From an uncultured Lachnospiraceae bacterium (lineage in GTDB: Bacteria > Bacillota > Clostridia > Oscillospirales > CAG-272), in NCBI GenBank assembly GCA_964582375.1, contig CAZORL010000001.1, positions 80,065 through 144,064 of the forward strand: a stretch of DNA of 64,000 nt. Reading direction: 5' to 3'. Shown here piece by piece: positions 55,436 to 64,000 of the stretch. A program made the position numbers and the translations under genes. Under the pieces are notes generated by a model that worked only from the letters and a program-made list of their open reading frames with translations, made no database searches and was not told where the DNA came from. Every line of letters starts with the position of its first letter. Position 1 is the first letter of the stretch.

Positions 55436-57628
55436 TTAAAATGTTAAAATGCACACCTCGTCCGAGTTTGCGCGTATGAAAAACTTGCCCTTCTCGACAA
55501 GCCTTTCTGCCATCATTTCCGTGATCTCTCTTTTGATCACTCGACGAAGCTCTCTGACACCGTACAGACTGCCGCTCGAGGTTCTTGCCAAATATTTGTA
55601 AACGCTCTCGTCAAACACGCACTCATATCCGTCTTTTGCAAGCTTTTTCGACAGCTCGGACAGATCTTTTTCGGCGATCCTTTCGAGATCCGAGGTGTCG
55701 AGCCTGTTAAAAATCACGATCTCGCTTATCCTGCCGAGCAGTTCGGGCGCGAATCTTTTCGACAGCTCAGCCTTGACAGCTGACTCGTCAACCTCGTCCG
55801 ATCGATCGGCAAACCCTCTTACCCGTGAAGAAGAGCCGTGCGAAAATCCGATGTTTGATGTCAGCACGATCAGCACTCCCCGAAAATCGACCGATCTCCC
55901 GGCACCGTCGTGGATCATGCCGTTGTCGGCGATCTGAAGAAGAATGTTGAAGATATCAGCATGCGCTTTTTCGATCTCGTCAAATAAAACAAGTGAGTTC
56001 GGATGCCGCCTGACCGCCTCGGTAAGCCGTCCGCCCTCACCGTAGCCGATGTATCCCGGAGGCGAACCGATCATTTTTGAGATATCATGTCTCTCTGTAT
56101 ACTCGGACATGTCGAGCCTGACAAACGATCTGCCCCCAGAAAAAAGCTCGTCTGCCATGACGCTCGCAAGCTCGGTCTTGCCGACGCCGCTCGGACCGAC
56201 AAAAAGAAGAATTCCTCGCGGCCCTTTGCCGTCTCCGAATCGCTCCGAAACAGTTAGCCCTCGCAGAACACGCTCTATCGCACCGTCCTGCCCGATCACC
56301 CTTGAGGAGAGCCTTTCATACAGAACACGACTGCCCCGACTTTTGCAAAAACAATTAACATTTGCCCCATAAAACTCATAAATGTCAGCATCGGTCACGA
56401 TCGGCGGCTCGTCGGATCCTTTGTCGTTGAAAAACAGCCCCTTTTTCGCCGAGACATCGTCCAAGAGATCGATCGCCTTGTCGGGCAGATATTTTCCGCT
56501 TGACATTTTTGACGATACCGAAATCGCCGCACGCACCGCAGATGGCGATATTTTTACCCCATGGTGCACCTCGTATCTTTCGCGTATGCCCATGATCATT
56601 TCTTCGCATTCATCGATCGTCGGCTCGTCTACAGTTACCGCACAAAATCGCCTCTCGAGCGCACCGTCACGCTCTATCGCACGATATTCTCCGGGTGTGG
56701 TCGCACCGATCAGCTTGATATCTCCGCGTGCTAATGCCGGCTTTAATATGTTTGCCGCGTCAACCGCACCCTCTGCAGACCCAGCCCCGACCAATGTGTG
56801 GATCTCGTCCAAAAAGAGGATCACCTTTTTGTCTGATGATGCCTCCTTGATCACCCCGCGCACCCTCTCTTCAAATTCGCCTCTGTATTTTGCTCCCGAT
56901 AGCATCGATGCCATGTCGATCTGATATACCCGACAGCCGATCAGCTTGTCGGGTATATCTTTGTCGGCGATCCTTTGGGCAAGTCCCTCTACTATCGCAC
57001 TCTTTCCCACTCCCGGCTCTCCGATAAGACAGGGATTGCTCTTTTTCTTTCGGCAAAGCACGCGTGTCAGAGTCTCAAGCTCGACCTCACGCCCGATCAG
57101 CGGATCGCATCTTCCTTCTGCCGCAAGCTTTGTGAGATCCTTGCCGTATTTTTCAAGATATCGCATGTCTTTCTCGGGCCTTTCTTTGACCGAGGTGACA
57201 CTCGGAGAAAGATTTTGTCTGCCGATAAGCTCGCCTCCGATGTCCGAGAGATTTCCACCTGCCGAAACGATCATTTTAGCCGCACGGCAGGTGGGAGAGT
57301 TCACGATCGAATAGAGCAGCTGTTCGGTCGATATGAGCGTTGATTTTTCGCTTATCGCCTGCATGTATGCACCCTCTATGATATGCCTTGCCTGTATGCT
57401 CATCTCGATGGGCATATTGTCATTTTGATCGCCGATCTCAAGGCTTTTTTGTATCCTGTCAAGAGTAATGCCGCACGATGACAGTATCCTTGCCGCAGGA
57501 CTTCTCCCGTCCGCCAGGATACCGAGGAGAATGTGCTCCGTTCCGATGTAGTGATCCCCAATATCGTGCGCGAACGCCTCTGCTCTGTTTAATGACTCCT
57601 CCGCAGACCTTGTAAATTTGCTCTGCAT
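55436..57628 (-). CDS. Hsp100/Clp double-ring AAA+ ATPase with Clp_N repeats but no middle (UVR/coiled-coil) domain (ClpA-like architecture)
   Basis: Start set at ATG 57628 (MQSKFTRSAEESL) with GGAGGTG upstream. Clp_N (YIGTEHILLGIL), D1 GEPGVGKSAIVE, D2 GPSGVGKTELA, and an IGF tripeptide (TSNIGFSH). Confidence 0.8.
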   Translation of the reverse strand: MQSKFTRSAEESLNRAEAFAHDIGDHYIGTEHILLGILADGRSPAARILSSCGITLDRIQKSLEIGDQNDNMPIEMSIQARHIIEGAYMQAISEKSTLISTEQLLYSIVNSPTCRAAKMIVSAGGNLSDIGGELIGRQNLSPSVTSVKERPEKDMRYLEKYGKDLTKLAAEGRCDPLIGREVELETLTRVLCRKKKSNPCLIGEPGVGKSAIVEGLAQRIADKDIPDKLIGCRVYQIDMASMLSGAKYRGEFEERVRGVIKEASSDKKVILFLDEIHTLVGAGSAEGAVDAANILKPALARGDIKLIGATTPGEYRAIERDGALERRFCAVTVDEPTIDECEEMIMGIRERYEVHHGVKISPSAVRAAISVSSKMSSGKYLPDKAIDLLDDVSAKKGLFFNDKGSDEPPIVTDADIYEFYGANVNCFCKSRGSRVLYERLSSRVIGQDGAIERVLRGLTVSERFGDGKGPRGILLFVGPSGVGKTELASVMADELFSGGRSFVRLDMSEYTERHDISKMIGSPPGYIGYGEGGRLTEAVRRHPNSLVLFDEIEKAHADIFNILLQIADNGMIHDGAGRSVDFRGVLIVLTSNIGFSHGSSSRVRGFADRSDEVDESAVKAELSKRFAPELLGRISEIVIFNRLDTSDLERIAEKDLSELSKKLAKDGYECVFDESVYKYLARTSSGSLYGVRELRRVIKREITEMMAERLVEKGKFFIRANSDEVCILTF

Positions 57629-57712
57629 AACAAAAATCACCTCCGCCAATGTTATCGTCTGCGAAGGTGATTTTTGCCTGATTATGCGAGTTCTATGCAG
57701 TAATTTGCAGGA

Positions 57713-58255
57713 TCAGATGTTTGTATCTCCTCTTAGTGCGTTGTTGTAAGCCGACGCAAGGGCGTTCCATGTAGATCTGTCTACACTTCCGCTTTGAGGC
57801 AGGGCGTTCAGTTCTTGAAAGTCCTTGATAAGCCGCTCGGTCTCGTCAGCGTATATGCCGTCGATCTTTGTCTTTTCGTAGTCATATCCCGACAGCCTGC
57901 CGAGCATTATCTGTATTATCGCGACAAGATCTGATCGCTCGCCTGCTGTGACCATTCCCGATGCGAGCCTTTCCGAAAAAGGAAATATACCCGATGCCTC
58001 CGATCTTCTTGCATAGGCGACCTCGGCAGCCCCCGAGAGAGTTTGCCATGTGAGATCGTCCACCCTGCCGGTTGTCGGGAGAGAATACAGTCTTTGGAAT
58101 GTGATTATCGCGGAGCGCGTTTCTTCTCCATAGATCCCGTCGGGAATAACGTACGGCAGATCGACTCCCGACTCGTACAGCTCAAGAAGATTTTGCTGTA
58201 TTTCGATCACCGTTAATTTTTCATTTCGCAGATCCATGTCAAAATCTCCTTTCAC
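57713..58255 (-). CDS. Protein with two PG_binding_1 (peptidoglycan-binding) repeats
   Basis: IPDGIYGEETRSAIITFQRLYSLPTTGRVDDLTWQTL and IDGIYADETERLIKDFQELNALPQSGSVDRSTWNAL. Confidence 0.7.
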   Translation of the reverse strand: MKGDFDMDLRNEKLTVIEIQQNLLELYESGVDLPYVIPDGIYGEETRSAIITFQRLYSLPTTGRVDDLTWQTLSGAAEVAYARRSEASGIFPFSERLASGMVTAGERSDLVAIIQIMLGRLSGYDYEKTKIDGIYADETERLIKDFQELNALPQSGSVDRSTWNALASAYNNALRGDTNI

Positions 58256-59655
58256 TGCCCGATCTCGTATCCCGGGTATTGCGATGGTGATCGCTCATAT
58301 CCGAGGACGATCTCGTCATATACCTCGCCGATCTGTTCCCATGTTACCGCGCCGACATTGCCGTCTGCCCGTATCCCGCGCCACTCTTGAAATTCAATCA
58401 CCGCATTTTCGGTCATTTGCCCGAAAATGCCGTCAACCTCTACCGACGGTATCTCGGGATAGACCGATGCGATCGTCCTCAGATAATCTTGGAGATATTC
58501 CACATCCCGTCCGCTTGAACCGATCCGCAGTGTGACACCGGGATAGGGACGCGCACGATCGACAAATTCGGAATCGGGCAGGGAAGCGATTATTCCCGAG
58601 TAGCTGTTGTATATGGCTCGCCAATCCTCGAGCCTGATAATTCCCGTGACCTCAAGACCGTTTGCCCTTTGGAACGCCTCGACAGATGCCGCCGTAGCAT
58701 CGTCGTATTCGCCGCTTATCGGGGGTGCGGGGATCTCGTCGTTGTATTCGGATATGAGCGTGAGAAAATATTGCACTCCTGCCACATCGCGACCGCTCGA
58801 GCCGACAGACAGCTCCTCACTAAATTGACGCTCGACATCACCGTAGGCGATCCCCTCCGATATTATCTCGGATAACCTCTTTATGCCGTTGTACAGATAA
58901 ATTATCCGATACCATGTTCGCTTGCCGACGATACCGTCAACGCCAAGCTCGAATATCCTTTGAAATTCCTCGACAGCTCGCTCTGTCTCCTGCCCGAAAA
59001 CCCCGTCGGCAGGGAATATCTTCGGTATTGCGGGGTAATTTGTCGATATTCTGTTCAGCCTGAGCTGAATTAGCCTGACCTCGTTTCCGTTTGTTCCGAT
59101 CGATAGGGGAACGCCCGGATAGCTGTCCTCGATCTCGGCTATGTCAACATTATCGACAATCTCAATATCCTCGCCGTAGTAGCTCTTCAATATTTCGAGC
59201 GCATCAAGCCCCGAGCGTGCAAGATCGACAGATCCCCATTGCGACAGTCCGTCACAGGTGGTTCGCACTCCGTCGCAGTAGGCGGCAAAGAGCGGCTCGA
59301 TATTTCCGCGCCGTCTGATATAGCTGTTGAATATCTCGTCAACTATGTCGGATATGTTTTCAAAAATATCTCTGCCGTTTACAAACGATTGGTCTCTTGA
59401 GGTCGAATTTGTAATGTCAAAGTCATATCCCTGCGATCTGTAATATTCGGTGTAGACCCTGCTCAGCGCAAAAGAGATCTGTGCCCAAATGTTCGCTCTT
59501 AACGCCTCGGTCGGCCATGTCGGATATATCTCGCTCGACGCGACATTTTTGATGTAATCGGGGAAGGATACCCGAACATTTGCCGCCGCAGTGTCTGGAG
59601 CGGCAAGATGTACGGTTATAAATGCAGGAATCATCGGAAATGTCGATCCTGTCAT
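58252..59655 (-). CDS. SleC-like spore cortex-lytic enzyme candidate: conserved N-terminal domain + three PG_binding_1 repeats
   Basis: The N-domain FITVHLAAPDTAAANVRVSFPDYIKNVASSEIYPTWPTEALRANIWAQISFALSRVYTEYYRSQGYDFDIT matches my recollection of clostridial SleC-type proteins. Three DG[IV]FGxxTxxAVxxFQ repeats follow. Confidence 0.55.
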   Translation of the reverse strand: MTGSTFPMIPAFITVHLAAPDTAAANVRVSFPDYIKNVASSEIYPTWPTEALRANIWAQISFALSRVYTEYYRSQGYDFDITNSTSRDQSFVNGRDIFENISDIVDEIFNSYIRRRGNIEPLFAAYCDGVRTTCDGLSQWGSVDLARSGLDALEILKSYYGEDIEIVDNVDIAEIEDSYPGVPLSIGTNGNEVRLIQLRLNRISTNYPAIPKIFPADGVFGQETERAVEEFQRIFELGVDGIVGKRTWYRIIYLYNGIKRLSEIISEGIAYGDVERQFSEELSVGSSGRDVAGVQYFLTLISEYNDEIPAPPISGEYDDATAASVEAFQRANGLEVTGIIRLEDWRAIYNSYSGIIASLPDSEFVDRARPYPGVTLRIGSSGRDVEYLQDYLRTIASVYPEIPSVEVDGIFGQMTENAVIEFQEWRGIRADGNVGAVTWEQIGEVYDEIVLGYERSPSQYPGYEIGQ

Positions 59656-60062
59656 AGATCCGCCGCCTCGCTTTCGTTATATACACGCATGTCGTACCGC
59701 TCCGAAAACTCGCCCGATGGCACAAGGTTTACCTGCTGTACCGTGGTTACCCCGGGGAAGATCGCCGCACCGATAAATTCGGTCGATACAAACCCATCGC
59801 GTGATACATTGATCACCACCGATGTGTAGCCCTTTTCGCTCCCGGGAGACTTCGAAAGATCGACAGACGGGGTCGCGATCTCGATCGTGTCGGTATTTCC
59901 CGAAATATCGGTCGTCCGCGATGCGATGACAGATGATTCCCCGATCTCAAAGCTTCGGACATTCACCAAAGCACCCTTGACCGGTATCGCACCGCTTGCG
60001 GTCCGCACGCAGACGATCAGCCTGCCGATGTCGTTTTTTTCATTATCGTTCAGTTTAAGCAC
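59652..60062 (-). CDS. Small beta-sandwich protein (carboxypeptidase-regulatory-like fold candidate)
   Basis: 136 aa. GRLIVCVRTASGAIPVKGALVNV...TDISGNTD...GYTSVVINVSRDGFVS has the pattern of CarboxypepD_reg-like domains. 4-nt overlap with the next gene. Confidence 0.35.
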   Translation of the reverse strand: MLKLNDNEKNDIGRLIVCVRTASGAIPVKGALVNVRSFEIGESSVIASRTTDISGNTDTIEIATPSVDLSKSPGSEKGYTSVVINVSRDGFVSTEFIGAAIFPGVTTVQQVNLVPSGEFSERYDMRVYNESEAADL

Positions 60063-60112
60063 CGCCTTTCTTTTTCATCCTATGCCAAAGAAATACTTTT
60101 GTGCGGACACTT

Positions 60113-60153
60113 TTTGACAAAAAAGAAACATGACCGCAAAGGGTCATGTTTCT
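60113..60153 (-). terminator. Rho-independent terminator after gap
   Basis: Stem AGAAACATGACC / GGTCATGTTTCT (60124-60153) followed on the minus strand by TTTTTTGTC. Confidence 0.85.
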
Positions 60154-60176
60154 TGGAAGAATATTTTGAGAAAAGA

Positions 60177-61214
60177 TTACTTAATGCACTTTTCTGCGAA
60201 ATACTTAATGGTGCGAACCATCTGGCTGGTGTAGGAGTTCTCGTTGTCGTACCACGAAACGACCTGTACCTCGTAGAGGTCGTCAGCGATCTTTGCAACC
60301 ATGGTCTGAGTTGCATCAAAGAGAGAACCGTAACGCATGCCGATAACGTCGGAGGAAACGATGGGATCCTCATTGTAGCCGAAGGACTCGGAAGCTGCAG
60401 CCTTCATAGCGGCATTGATGCCTTCCTTGGTTACGTCTGCACCCTTAACAACAGCGGTAAGGATGGTGGTGGAGCCGGTCGGAACGGGAACTCTCTGAGC
60501 GGAGCCGATGAGCTTGCCGTTGAGCTCGGGGATAACAAGACCGATAGCCTTTGCAGCACCGGTGGAGTTCGGAACGATGTTAGCCGCACCTGCTCTTGCA
60601 CGGCGGAGGTCACCCTTTCTGTGAGGACCGTCAAGGATCATCTGGTCGCCGGTGTAAGCGTGAATGGTGGACATGATGCCGCTCTGGATGGGAGCGAAAT
60701 CGTTAAGAGCCTTTGCCATGGGAGCAAGGCAGTTAGTGGTGCAGGATGCTGCCGAGATGATGTCATCCTCGGGAGTAAGTGTATCCTCGTTTACGCTGAA
60801 AACGATGGTCTTGAGATCGTTTCCTGCGGGAGCGGAGATAACGACCTTCTTTGCGCCTGCGTTGATGTGTGCCATCGACTTCTCCTTGGAGCAGTAGAAA
60901 CCGGTGCACTCGAGAACGACGTCAACGCCGATCTCTCCCCAGGGAAGATCTGCTGCGTTCTTTTCGCTGTAGATGGTGATCTTCTTGCCGTCAACTACGA
61001 TGTAGTTCTCGCCTGCCTCTACGGTGTGAGCACCCTCGCCGATCTTGCCGCAGTATCCGCCCTGAGCGGTATCATACTTAAGAAGATGAGCAAGCATTTT
61101 GGGATCCGTAAGATCGTTGATGGCAACGACATCGTATCCCTCTGCACCGAACATCTGACGGAAAGCAAGACGGCCGATTCTGCCGAAGCCGTTAATGGCA
61201 ACTTTTACTGACAT
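60177..61214 (-). CDS. gap: Type I glyceraldehyde-3-phosphate dehydrogenase
   Basis: Start set at ATG 61214 ([15 protein letters not shown]) with a GGAGG 8 nt upstream. Active site [10 protein letters not shown]. Confidence 0.95.
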   Translation of the reverse strand: MSVKVAINGFGRIGRLAFRQMFGAEGYDVVAINDLTDPKMLAHLLKYDTAQGGYCGKIGEGAHTVEAGENYIVVDGKKITIYSEKNAADLPWGEIGVDVVLECTGFYCSKEKSMAHINAGAKKVVISAPAGNDLKTIVFSVNEDTLTPEDDIISAASCTTNCLAPMAKALNDFAPIQSGIMSTIHAYTGDQMILDGPHRKGDLRRARAGAANIVPNSTGAAKAIGLVIPELNGKLIGSAQRVPVPTGSTTILTAVVKGADVTKEGINAAMKAAASESFGYNEDPIVSSDVIGMRYGSLFDATQTMVAKIADDLYEVQVVSWYDNENSYTSQMVRTIKYFAEKCIK

Positions 61215-61291
61215 AAATAATTCCTCCGAATAAATGGTTTTTGATCTGCATAGCCTGTCCCGCTTTTTTGCGCACAAACTTTTGCGTATAC

Positions 61292-61320
61292 ATTGTATAA
61301 CAAAAAATTACTTATTGCAA
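61292..61320 (-). promoter_or_regulatory. Sigma-A-type promoter of gap
   Basis: The minus strand reads TTGCAA, a 17-nt spacer, then TACAAT, about 75 nt upstream of the ATG. Confidence 0.55.
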
Positions 61321-61486
61321 GTGTTTTTTTGATAATTTATTAAAATGTAACATTTTTGACACCGATAATTCACACAAACACTTGACATAAGGGGGTGTGT
61401 TTGGTGTATAATAGAGACTGCGGATCTTTGTGGTCGAAAAATCGTCATAAGATCGCATCCTGACAGAATGAGCGAGGAATCAAAAG

Positions 61487-62575
61487 ATGAAATTTAAGAC
61501 CGATGTTAAGGGTTTTGACGGATTGACGATGCCGATAGTCGTGTGTGACGCGGACGGGGTCGTCGTTTATAAAAATGATGCGGCGGTAAAGCAGATAAAG
61601 CTGCCCAAACGAAGAACCGATATACATATACACTTAAGTCCGTCCGACTCCGAATTGCTTGACGGAATATCGAAATTCTCGGACCCGCTTCTTCTCCATG
61701 TTTTTACCGGCGAAAGGGATGCGTCTGCGTTTGTTGCCATGCACGAATGGGAGGGCGATCCCGCAACGCTTTGGATATTTCTCAGCTATATGCAGTCAAC
61801 CGCATCGGGCACTGTCGTGACAAGCTTTGAGAAAAATCTTTCGTCCTACGCAAAGGATGTTTGCGAAATTGTGAAATATGTCGATATAAAAAGCAGACTG
61901 ACCGATGCCGGTGGTGAGAGCATGGCGAGTAACAAGATACGTAAAAGGCTCGAACGCCTCGTGAGTAATGTACTTCGCGATCGTGAGAGCGTTTATGTCT
62001 GTGCACTCAGCCAATCGGTGTCGTCGCTGTTCGAGAGAGCTACCGATGCGTTCAGAAATCTCGGCTACGATGTTATTGTAAATATCTCGCCCGAGGTGAC
62101 GAAAAATCACAATCGCATTAATTTCAGAGATATGCTGCTCTTTTATGTGCATATCGTTACGCTCTCGTGCGAGATGACGAGAAACAAGCGTGTTCGTATC
62201 AATATTTTCGAGAATAAATACGGCGAAACGGTAGTTTCGATCACGTTTTCGGTCATCTATCCGCCGTTTTGCGCAGTCGAGGAGACCAATATGCGAAAAC
62301 TCGCCGAGCTTATCGAGGGTCACGACGTCGATCTCGTACTTATAAAGAGCCTCATCGATATATGCGGATACTCGCTGAAATATACGGTGAACGATGAGAC
62401 CAACGACAATATAACATTCAGGTTCGTTATTCCGTACATGTCTGACGGAAAGATCAGCAGTATCGGCGGCAGCGACCGAAGCGAGAAAAACATCGAGCCG
62501 GATACGCTCACATTCATCACCGATCTGCTTGTATTTTCGGGCTTTGAGTCAACTGTCGATCAAACCTCTTATTGA
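61487..62575 (+). CDS. Hypothetical protein: PAS-like N-terminus + degenerate histidine-kinase-ATPase-like C-terminal region
   Basis: The N-terminus MPIVVCDADGVVVYKNDAAVKQI is PAS-like. The C-terminal half has the spacing of an HATPase_c fold, but I cannot find N-box or DxGxG motifs or a phospho-acceptor His box. Confidence 0.45.
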   Translation: MKFKTDVKGFDGLTMPIVVCDADGVVVYKNDAAVKQIKLPKRRTDIHIHLSPSDSELLDGISKFSDPLLLHVFTGERDASAFVAMHEWEGDPATLWIFLSYMQSTASGTVVTSFEKNLSSYAKDVCEIVKYVDIKSRLTDAGGESMASNKIRKRLERLVSNVLRDRESVYVCALSQSVSSLFERATDAFRNLGYDVIVNISPEVTKNHNRINFRDMLLFYVHIVTLSCEMTRNKRVRINIFENKYGETVVSITFSVIYPPFCAVEETNMRKLAELIEGHDVDLVLIKSLIDICGYSLKYTVNDETNDNITFRFVIPYMSDGKISSIGGSDRSEKNIEPDTLTFITDLLVFSGFESTVDQTSY

Positions 62576-63469
62576 CAGCATTTCAAAATTGCCGCGTATC
62601 GCGTGTCTGCCCGATCCCGTCGCCAAAAACAGACTGTCGCCCTTTTGAAAGGGAACACCGTCAACATCGCCCTCTCCCGACAGACAGAGAAGATGCACAA
62701 ATCCGCCCGACGCATCCTCGATCGTGTCGGAGCAGATCGATCTTATCGAAAAATAGTCGCAGTTTACGAGCAGATCATCGCCGTCTCTGCCTCTCGAAAA
62801 GCATAGGGACTCGATCTCGCTCTCGCTGTATGTCCTTATAACATCAAGTGCCTTTTCGAGATGAAGCTCGCGACGTGCTCCGTTTTTGTCTCTTCTGTCA
62901 TAGTCGTACACACGATATGTGAGATCGGATGACTGCTGAACCTCGGCGATAAGTATTCCTTCTCCAATGGCATGGACCATGCCCGACGGGATGAAAAAGA
63001 GATCGCCCTTCTTGACACCCACATAGTTTAGCATATCTTCAAGCTTTCCCGACAGAGCCGCCTCTCGAAAGCTTTCTCGGTCGTATTTGTCGCACATGCC
63101 GTATATGATCTTTGCGTCCGGCTTTGCATCGACGATGTACCATGCCTCGGTCTTTCCCGTGTCGCCGCCCTCGTGACGTGCGGCATATTCGTCGTCGGGA
63201 TGTACCTGTATCGAGAGCTTGTCGTTTGCGTCGATCAGCTTGACAAGAAGCGGAAATCGCTTTGTGTTATCAACCACAGCCGAGATCGGCGTCCCTGCAA
63301 GCTCACCTGATGCGATCCTGCTCATCGCATCGGGTCTGCAGGTAAGCTCCCAGCTCTCGGCTATCCTTTCAAGAGAGCTTTGCTTGTGAAAATCTGTTTT
63401 GAGCCGCTCACCACCCCATATCGTTTCCTTAAATACGGGACTAAGCTTCAGCGGATAAGAAATGTTCAT
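62549..63469 (-). CDS. manA: Class I mannose-6-phosphate isomerase
   Basis: ETIWGG, metal ligands in LSIQVHPDD and GMVHAIGEG, and AEVQQSSD. Confidence 0.85.
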   Translation of the reverse strand: MNISYPLKLSPVFKETIWGGERLKTDFHKQSSLERIAESWELTCRPDAMSRIASGELAGTPISAVVDNTKRFPLLVKLIDANDKLSIQVHPDDEYAARHEGGDTGKTEAWYIVDAKPDAKIIYGMCDKYDRESFREAALSGKLEDMLNYVGVKKGDLFFIPSGMVHAIGEGILIAEVQQSSDLTYRVYDYDRRDKNGARRELHLEKALDVIRTYSESEIESLCFSRGRDGDDLLVNCDYFSIRSICSDTIEDASGGFVHLLCLSGEGDVDGVPFQKGDSLFLATGSGRHAIRGNFEMLSIRGLIDS

Positions 63470-63561
63470 TTGACCACCTTTATTTTCTTTGCAGTGAATA
63501 TTTTATATTATATCAGATAATAATTGCTTTGTAAATATCTTTTAAGGAGATTTTTTCAAAA

Positions 63562-63696
63562 ATGAAAGATCAAAGCAAAAAAAGAACAGATCAGCAGATG
63601 CCCGAGAACACGAAAAACAAAACCGAGGCAAAGGACTGTCAAAAGAGCCAAAACAGGTCCGACAATTGCAAAGATGACGGAAAGTCATGTAAGTAA
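63562..63696 (+). CDS. Candidate 44-aa highly charged Lys/Asp/Cys peptide
   Basis: Below the track cut-off. AAGGAGA lies 11 nt before the ATG at 63562. It translates to MKDQSKKRTDQQMPENTKNKTEAKDCQKSQNRSDNCKDDGKSCK. A terminator follows. Confidence 0.35.
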   Translation: MKDQSKKRTDQQMPENTKNKTEAKDCQKSQNRSDNCKDDGKSCK

Positions 63697-63739
63697 GCCC
63701 CCTGTTTTGCCTCCCGATACCAATATTTACAAAAAGTTC

Positions 63740-63774
63740 AATCCTGCTTTACAGCAGGATTACTTTCTTTTATT
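63740..63774 (+). terminator. Rho-independent terminator after the small charged ORF
   Basis: Stem AATCCTGCT / AGCAGGATT with loop TTAC, then ACTTTCTTTTATT. Confidence 0.7.
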
Positions 63775-63821
63775 ACAATTGTTTCGATCTGAAAATATGT
63801 TATATCGGTAATGGTGTTGTC

Positions 63822-64000
63822 ATGTTCGGATACATAAAAACCTGCACTCCCGAGCTTTTGGTTAAAGAAAATGAGTTTTACCGTGCCCTCTATTGCGGTC
63901 TGTGTCGCACGATGGGCAGGATGAAAAAGGCATTTTCTTTTTCTCTTTCGTACGATTTTGTTTTCCTCGCTCTCGTCAGAATGGGCACATCCGACAGATC
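63822..64000 (+). CDS. N-terminal part of a DUF5685-like protein (runs off the window)
   Basis: Hand translation from ATG 63822 gives MFGYIKTCTPELLVKENEFYRALYCGLCRTMGRMKKAFSFSLSYDFVFLALVRMG. The MFGY..P..L...E...Y...YCGLC pattern matches my recollection of that family. Confidence 0.45.
   Translation, partial: MFGYIKTCTPELLVKENEFYRALYCGLCRTMGRMKKAFSFSLSYDFVFLALVRMGTSDR

Noticed and set aside
60099-61211. 370-aa plus-strand ORF
   Set aside because: It is antisense to the highly expressed gap gene. The sequence is Gly/Val/Asp/Cys-rich mirror-frame noise.

Overview
This window looks like a core-chromosome segment of a spore-forming, Clostridia-type Firmicute. The operon syntax is typical: ecfA1-ecfA2-ecfT-truA, ruvC-ruvA-ruvB, proB-proA-proC, flavoprotein-cmk-plsC-ispH::S1 and metF-metH, plus YtvI-like and SleC-like sporulation genes. 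I call about 58 protein-coding genes, most on the minus strand between 1 and 37.6 kb. I also call one tRNA-Val(GAC), two or three decayed gene fragments, and a set of hand-identified sigma-A-type promoters and rho-independent terminators. I see no rRNA, CRISPR array, transposase, integrase, phage genes or recognisable defence genes. Five things deserve a second look. (1) A compact two-gene metal-handling module at 51.4-53.7 kb pairs a COG0523/CobW GTPase carrying a threefold 33-aa His/Asp/Cys tandem repeat with a soluble fusion of a degenerate CobW-like domain to a DUF1980-type C-terminal domain. (2) A 940-aa P-type ATPase homologue has every catalytic motif I can align by eye (TGES, DKTGT, TGD, GDGxND) substituted. 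(3) A roughly 190-nt leader with terminator/antiterminator potential precedes an unusual PiT-DUF47-OadB-OadG-like gene string. (4) Gene debris next to tRNA-Val (a response-regulator fragment and a PlsY C-terminal fragment) is joined by ATGA overlaps to a 1440-aa double-activase/dehydratase-like fusion. (5) A roughly 1000-aa surface protein contains a Cys-rich papain-like module. All calls come from reading the sequence and ORF track by eye. Family assignments are motif-based recollection, not database hits. Hairpin and promoter coordinates are hand-counted (+/- 2 nt).
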